Shown piece after piece: positions 58,695 through 64,000 of a stretch of DNA of 64,000 nucleotides. The notes under the pieces were generated by a model. The model had not been told where the DNA came from. It made no database searches and saw only the letters and a program-made list of their open reading frames with translations. The position numbers and the translations under genes were made by a program. Source of the stretch: an uncultured Thermococci archaeon (GTDB taxonomy: Archaea; CAYQAE01; CAYVLA01). The stretch spans positions 1 to 64,000 of the forward strand of contig CAZJVP010000088.1 in the NCBI GenBank assembly GCA_964549615.1, written 5' to 3'. Position 1 is the first letter of the stretch; each line of letters opens with the position of its first letter.

Positions 58695-59872
58695 GGTTTC
58701 GCTCTGGCAAAGCTGATCATCCTAACCCTCCCCCGCTGGGCATCGACCTGAGCTATCACGAACTTCTTCTTCACGCTCGCCGCCAACCGGCCCGCCCTCA
58801 CGATCTCGGTAGGGGTGATGCTGGAGGTGCTGGGGTAGACATGTATGAGGAAGGGGGCGTGGTCAAGCCCGGGCCCGTACTCATAGACCGCGAAGTCAAC
58901 TCCGAATTTCATCCCGGACTTCACGACCAATCCGGAGTCCTTGAGCTTCTGGTACACTATGTACCTCTCACGGAAGTGAGGTTCGCTCAGCGCAGCCTTG
59001 GCCAGCTGGTCGACGCTCACTCCCGCTTCCCCGTCCTCAAGCCTTACCCGCCCTAGGCCTGCCAGGTAGAGAAGCTCGGTGAATGAGAGCATGATCGGCT
59101 TCTCAAAGTCCATGGAACGGGGCTTCCTTATCCCTATCGGCTTGCCGAAATAGCCCTCCCTGTAAAGGCTCAAGGCGCCAAGGGGGTCCCAAACCACGGC
59201 CATGGGGCCGACGATCTGCGCCGCGTCCTTGCGATCGGGCGAGTAGCGCACAGCAGGCCTCGTTGTGAATCTCTTCATCTCGTAGTAGGAGACCTCTCCC
59301 TCCTCGTCGACGAGTGCAAGATAGACCGCCTTCTTGAAGCGCCCTGCAATCGTGAGGACCCGTTCGAGCTCATCCAGCGCGATGCTCTGGTTTCTAGAGT
59401 ACACCGCGACGAGGTGGGTGCAGGGCTTTCCGGGCTTCTCGAAAAACCAAAGGTAAGGCATCTCAGCCGTCCCCGCTTTCAGCCTGCGCCCCTTGCTCCT
59501 CATGTCTCGGTAGACCAGGTACTTGAGGAAGAACGATGCATCCGAGGCCAATCCCCTCTTCAGAATCGCTTGGAAAGGAATCTCCCTTCCGTCATCAACT
59601 ATCCGCAGCACGCCGCGGCGTTGGAGGTAGAAAGCGGCGACGTCCGGCAGAAGCAACCCACCGTCCTCGGGAAATCCGTGATCCAACTCCACCAACGATC
59701 CCGGGCTCTCGACGAGGACCCCTTCCTCGACCAACTTCCCGGTGTAGGTTTCGACGATCTCCTCGGCCGCCTCTTCGCCCTCTTGGGACTCATCCAAGTC
59801 CGTCGGCTTTTCGAGCTCCTCCTCCAACTCTTCGTCAGAATCCTCAGGCAGGATCGACACCTGCATCACCAC
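58691..59872 (-). CDS. endA: tRNA-intron endonuclease, fused structural plus catalytic repeats
   Basis: Repeat 1 YLVYRDMRSKG...LVDEEGEVSYY (non-catalytic); repeat 2 SGMKFGVDFAVY, DHAPF, RLAASVKK (Tyr/His/Lys). Confidence 0.93.
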   Translation of the reverse strand: MVMQVSILPEDSDEELEEELEKPTDLDESQEGEEAAEEIVETYTGKLVEEGVLVESPGSLVELDHGFPEDGGLLLPDVAAFYLQRRGVLRIVDDGREIPFQAILKRGLASDASFFLKYLVYRDMRSKGRRLKAGTAEMPYLWFFEKPGKPCTHLVAVYSRNQSIALDELERVLTIAGRFKKAVYLALVDEEGEVSYYEMKRFTTRPAVRYSPDRKDAAQIVGPMAVVWDPLGALSLYREGYFGKPIGIRKPRSMDFEKPIMLSFTELLYLAGLGRVRLEDGEAGVSVDQLAKAALSEPHFRERYIVYQKLKDSGLVVKSGMKFGVDFAVYEYGPGLDHAPFLIHVYPSTSSITPTEIVRAGRLAASVKKKFVIAQVDAQRGRVRMISFARAKP

Positions 59873-60076
59873 GCGACCAGAGGTAGAAGCAACGCCGCAG
59901 GGGTCCCTACTCCCCCCGATCGATCGTACGGGTCCCTAACAATCATTTTAAATCTTTCCGGCTCCTGCCGCCCTTCGCCTGGGATCGCGCTCGTGCGGAT
60001 CGAGCCCGGCAACGCATGCGCGCCCTTCCCGGCATAAGGAAAGACATATTTCCGGCATTTCCTGCTTCCCGCGCGA

Positions 60077-61873
60077 ATGAGGATAGCGATACTCGATCGA
60101 GACCGGTGCAAGGGCGGGAAAGACTGTCCCTACATCTGCGTCAGGTTCTGCCCCGGCGTGCGCATGGGAGACGAGACCATTCTGATAGACCAGGGCACAG
60201 CCAAGCCGGTCATCAGCGAGTCCCTATGCTCCGGTTGCGGAATTTGCGTGAACAAGTGCCAGTTCGGTGCGCTCACAATAATCAACCTCTTGGAGCCGCC
60301 AAAGGAGCCACCCGTGCATCGCTACGGCGAGAACGCTTTCCGCCTCTTCGGCCTGCCCATACCGCGGGCGGGCAAGGTCGTAGGGATAATCGGCCAGAAC
60401 GGCGTTGGGAAGACGACGGCGATGAAGATACTCTCAGGGGAGATGAAGCCCAACCTGGGAGACCTGAAGGGCGGCAGCAAGAGCTGGGAAGAAGTTGCAG
60501 ACTTCTTCAGGGGGTCGGAACTGCAACCCTACTTTCAAGAGATCTCGGCTGGGACGCTGCGGGCAGTGATGAAGCCGCAGAGCATCGGCCAGCTACCCAA
60601 GATCGCCAAGGGGACCGCGGGAGCGCTCCTGGATAGGGCCGACGAGCGCGGCGTCTTTGAGCACGTCGTCAAGGGACTGGACTTCGAGGAGGCGCTGGAA
60701 AAGGAGGTGTCGAGCTTGAGCGGCGGGGAGCTTCAGCGCCTAACCATAGGCGCGGTGCTGGCGAAGGACGCTGACGTGTACTTCTTCGACGAGCCCACGT
60801 CCTATCTGGACATCTACCAACGTCTCAACGCCTCGAAGATGATCCGCGAGCTCGCGGAGCAAGGCAAGTCGGTCGTATTGATCGAGCACGATATGACCTC
60901 GCTAGACTACATGAGCGACTACGTGCATCTCCTCGTGGGCGTCCCCGGCGCGTACGGTCGGGTCTCGGCCATAAGGTCGGTAGGGGCGGGGATAAACGCA
61001 TATCTGGATGGTTTCTTGCCCCAGGAGAACTTGAGAATTCGCGATTATCCTGTTCGCTTCAAGATCCACAGCCCGCTGGCAACGCAGGAGGGAAGCGAAC
61101 TGACGAGCTTCACCACCCTCAGGAAGTCGTTTGGCTCCGAGTTTTCGCTGGTCGTTGATGGGGCTCAGATCCTCCAGAACGCGGTCGTCGGCATCTTCGG
61201 ATCAAACGCGACCGGCAAGTCCACGTTCGTGAGGATGATCGCCGGTGAGATAGAGCCGGACGAGGGCAGGATCACCAAGAAGGTCACTGTTAGCTACAAG
61301 CCGCAGTACGTCACGGTGCAGAACGACGAACCTGTTTGCGAGCTGCTGCGCAGGGTTGCACAGGACAAGTTCGAGACATCGATCTACAGGACGCAGATTC
61401 TGAAGCCGTTGGGCATCACGAGGCTCATGGACCTCAACTTGTCGACGCTGAGCGGAGGCGAGATCCAGAAGGTTGCTGTGACCGAGGCCCTGTCCAGGGA
61501 TGCACAGTTGATAGTCCTGGACGAGCCCACGGCTCACATCGACGTCGAGGACAGGCTCATCCTCTCAGGCGTGATCAGGGACGTGGTCGAGAAGGGAAAC
61601 AAGGGATGTCTCGTGGTCGATCACGACACGCAGTTCCTCGATGTGGTGTCAGACGCGCTCATGATCTTCGAGGGCAGGCCGGGCGTCGAGGGACACGGCA
61701 TGGGGCCATTCGATAAGAGGGCCGGCATGAACAGGTTCCTCAGCAAGATGCAGATCACATACAGGCGCGACCTTCACACGGGAAGGCCGAGGATAAACAA
61801 GGAAGGAAGTAAGCTAGACAAGGAGCAGAAAAGGAAAGGAGAGTACTACTATGTGCCACTCACAGGCTCCTAA
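60077..61873 (+). CDS. Ribosome recycling ATPase ABCE1 (Rli1)
   Basis: N-terminal Fe-S cysteines (MRIAILDRDRC...CSGCGICVNKC), two NBDs, ITYRRD..TGRPRINK..S.LD.EQK..GEYYY. Confidence 0.97.
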   Translation: MRIAILDRDRCKGGKDCPYICVRFCPGVRMGDETILIDQGTAKPVISESLCSGCGICVNKCQFGALTIINLLEPPKEPPVHRYGENAFRLFGLPIPRAGKVVGIIGQNGVGKTTAMKILSGEMKPNLGDLKGGSKSWEEVADFFRGSELQPYFQEISAGTLRAVMKPQSIGQLPKIAKGTAGALLDRADERGVFEHVVKGLDFEEALEKEVSSLSGGELQRLTIGAVLAKDADVYFFDEPTSYLDIYQRLNASKMIRELAEQGKSVVLIEHDMTSLDYMSDYVHLLVGVPGAYGRVSAIRSVGAGINAYLDGFLPQENLRIRDYPVRFKIHSPLATQEGSELTSFTTLRKSFGSEFSLVVDGAQILQNAVVGIFGSNATGKSTFVRMIAGEIEPDEGRITKKVTVSYKPQYVTVQNDEPVCELLRRVAQDKFETSIYRTQILKPLGITRLMDLNLSTLSGGEIQKVAVTEALSRDAQLIVLDEPTAHIDVEDRLILSGVIRDVVEKGNKGCLVVDHDTQFLDVVSDALMIFEGRPGVEGHGMGPFDKRAGMNRFLSKMQITYRRDLHTGRPRINKEGSKLDKEQKRKGEYYYVPLTGS

Positions 61874-62403
61874 CCGAGCCCGAGCAGGGCGGTGATCTCC
61901 GACAGCGACAAGAGGTAGTTGGAGTCCTTGTTGAGGTTGTAGTCCGTCCTCAGCAGGTAGGCATCGATGCCAAGCTGCCTGCTCGGAAGTATGTCCCTCT
62001 CGTAGCTATCGCCGACGACTATGACGTCCTTCTTCCCGACGCCGAGCTGAAACATGGCGTACTTGAAGGGCACGAGCTCCTCCTTTTTCGCCTGAACCAG
62101 GGACGAGGTGACGACGACGTCGAAGTACTGCCTGATGCCGAAGTGTTCCAACAACGCGACCAAGCATTCTTGGATGTGGTTGGAAACCAGCGCGACCTTC
62201 ACCCCATTGTTCCTCAGAGTCTTGAGCACCGGTATGAGCTTAGGATCGAGCTTCAGTTCCTGGTCCACATACTGGGTGACCAGCTTCATATCGTTGTTCA
62301 GAAGGTACAGGTCGATTATCTTGTTCCTAACGATCTCGGGATGCAGACCGCTGACCGATCCCCAGAGAACCCCATCCGCGTCGAGGAAAACCGCCTTGGC
62401 CAT
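61870..62403 (-). CDS. HAD-superfamily hydrolase
   Basis: FLDADGVL, VSN, K and VGDSYERDI motifs; start ATG 62403. Confidence 0.88.
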   Translation of the reverse strand: MAKAVFLDADGVLWGSVSGLHPEIVRNKIIDLYLLNNDMKLVTQYVDQELKLDPKLIPVLKTLRNNGVKVALVSNHIQECLVALLEHFGIRQYFDVVVTSSLVQAKKEELVPFKYAMFQLGVGKKDVIVVGDSYERDILPSRQLGIDAYLLRTDYNLNKDSNYLLSLSEITALLGLG

Positions 62404-62453
62404 TTCGCAACACGTTCGCGATGGCCCGTAAAAGTCTTTCGATGGGCGGGCGA

Positions 62454-62876
62454 TCACTCGACAGCGAACTCCACCTCTCTTCCCCATCTATCGTAGCCCT
62501 TGACCGACGCCCTCGAATACGGACTGGCAACGATGAAGTGAACCAGGCCGTTTCTGCCGAAGAAACGGATGTCGGCCTCGGACGGCGTCGGGCTTCCCAT
62601 GGGATGGCTGTGGATGGAGCCGACGGTCTGCGTCGTCATGGGCAGCAACCCGATATCCATGAGCACGCTGCCCTCACCAGAAAGGAAGTGGGGCATCACA
62701 TAGCCCGTTATGCGGAGCGTGTTTCCCTGGATATCGCCCTCCAGGAGGGCGCCGAACTCTCGAGGGCTCGAGCTACTGGCGGCCCCGAGCACGTCGTCGA
62801 GCACCTCGGAGTCCATCACCACGCGGATCGGACGCCTCTTTCGTACTCCGAAGATCCTGTCAAAGATCCCGGGCAC
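62454..62876 (-). CDS. JAMM/MPN+ metalloprotease
   Basis: PREFGALL, GSIHSHP and PSEAD (HxH-x7-SxxD) motifs; start probably GTG 62876. Confidence 0.9.
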   Translation of the reverse strand: MPGIFDRIFGVRKRRPIRVVMDSEVLDDVLGAASSSSPREFGALLEGDIQGNTLRITGYVMPHFLSGEGSVLMDIGLLPMTTQTVGSIHSHPMGSPTPSEADIRFFGRNGLVHFIVASPYSRASVKGYDRWGREVEFAVE

Positions 62877-62931
62877 GAAACCCGGATAGGACGGGAGAAG
62901 AAAAACCCTTTTCCTCCCCAAACTCGTAATC

Positions 62932-63126
62932 CGGCGGGAAGCCTCAAACCCCCGCCGCCGTTCCGGACAACGCGCAAGTTGACGGGCTGGGACCTGGAAG
63001 GCCCTCGAGACTCTGTCAACCACAGGACGAGGCGCGATTCTTCCAGTGTAGGAGGGCCAGCTCGCCTCCAGGCCGGTCACGCGAACCAGCCCCCTCACCG
63101 CATTCGGCCCGGTCTCCCGGACGCGG
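62932..63126 (+). ncRNA. Candidate structured RNA of unknown class
   Basis: Five helices found by eye; the G-U pairs fit the plus strand; lies in the 308-bp gap between two minus-strand genes. Confidence 0.25.
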
Positions 63127-63184
63127 TTCTCCAACTCGAGGACGACCTTAGTGAGCTTTCAACGTCATGACAACGGAGCTGGGC

Positions 63185-63463
63185 CTAACCACCAGCGGAG
63201 GCGGGCAGGATGCTCACCACATCGCCCTCGGATAGGACCGTGCGCGATCCAGCTGAGAGTTGGACGCTCAGCCCATTTAGAAGAACGGAGAGGCCAGGGG
63301 GTATCGCACCACCTGAGGAGATGAGCTTGGACCGACCTTTGATCCTGCCCTGCAGGAGCCGGAGCAGATCGCCGACGTCTGAGCCTGACCGCAGTCTGAC
63401 GTCGAACTCATGGCCCAGGGCTCTTCCGAGCTGCGCGAATGCCCTCACCCTCACCCTAATCAT
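63185..63463 (-). CDS. MoaD/ThiS/SAMP ubiquitin-like protein
   Basis: MIRVRVRAFAQL...VLLNG...LSEGDVVSILPASAGG with C-terminal diglycine. Confidence 0.9.
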   Translation of the reverse strand: MIRVRVRAFAQLGRALGHEFDVRLRSGSDVGDLLRLLQGRIKGRSKLISSGGAIPPGLSVLLNGLSVQLSAGSRTVLSEGDVVSILPASAGG

Positions 63464-64000
63464 GCTGACCACCTTTGCCGTGGATCTGCTCGGAGACAAA
63501 ATCCAACCCGAGGCTGGCAAGCTTCTCCCTAGTCGGAACGCCGTCCTTGGTCCACCCGCAGAGGGCGTAGTATTCGTCCAGCATCTCGTCCAAGCGAACC
63601 ACCAAGCCCCTGCAAGGACCCACATCGTGGGGCTCTTTCAAACAACGATCAGGCAGCGAGTCGTCCTTTCTGCGGAAGCCTTCCCTGACGTTGAAAGCCC
63701 TCGTCAGATTGTCGATCCTTTCACCGATCCTGAGGAACTCGTCCAGATCCTTGAACTCGAAGCCAGTCGCGGCCGTCACCATCTTCTGCACCAGCGCCTC
63801 GTCGAAGGCGAAGGATGCGAATAGGCAAAGGCCGCTGGAATCCCACGCGACGGCTATGTTCTGTGTGCCCCTTTTGACCTCGGATGCCTTGCCCTCGATC
63901 GTCCTTGGGTCCATCGCATTCCAGCCAAGCATCTCCTTCCCAGCCGTCCAGGGCCTAAGGTGGCAGGCCCCTCTGTCGGACCGCGCGTAGGCGAGTCCCA
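63456..64000 (-). CDS. aor: Aldehyde:ferredoxin oxidoreductase family, C-terminal part (start outside the window)
   Basis: LAYARSDRGACH, DSSGLCLF, IGERI, FNVREG, DDSLPDR, YYALCGW...GVPT motifs. Confidence 0.93.
   Translation of the reverse strand, partial: GLAYARSDRGACHLRPWTAGKEMLGWNAMDPRTIEGKASEVKRGTQNIAVAWDSSGLCLFASFAFDEALVQKMVTAATGFEFKDLDEFLRIGERIDNLTRAFNVREGFRRKDDSLPDRCLKEPHDVGPCRGLVVRLDEMLDEYYALCGWTKDGVPTREKLASLGLDFVSEQIHGKGGQHD

Overview
GC-rich (roughly 60%) archaeal chromosomal window from an unidentified lineage. Archaeal identity is supported by radA, multi-OB RPA, archaeal-type IleRS, ABCE1, EndA, BHB-intron tRNA and BRE/TATA promoters. The left ~30 kb is accessory and surface-protein rich. 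It carries five paralogous secreted, C-terminally anchored GATase-like/coiled-coil proteins, two of which head an inverted, diverged three-gene cassette. It also has FG-GAP and beta-propeller proteins, a clan-A glycoside hydrolase, a radical SAM-bicupin fusion, three PIN toxin-antitoxin pairs, pseudogenes and a tRNA-Ser(GCT) with three BHB introns. The middle is housekeeping (ileS, cmk-like, gatA, radA, rpa, hisA, hisB). At 42.4-58.7 kb lies the best candidate for a new system: an envelope-modification locus in which a 2079-aa MacB/FtsX-type ABC permease carries about 11 Ig-like repeats and is fused to a GT-C-like domain. Around it are a LolD-like ATPase, a second permease, ArnC-, ArnD- and (broken) ArnE/F-like genes, a GT4, an exosortase-family protease and a nucleotide-sugar dehydrogenase. 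The right end has a fused EndA with a crenarchaeal-type loop, ABCE1, HAD, JAMM, MoaD/SAMP and a partial aor. All family calls are from motifs read by eye; no searches were run.
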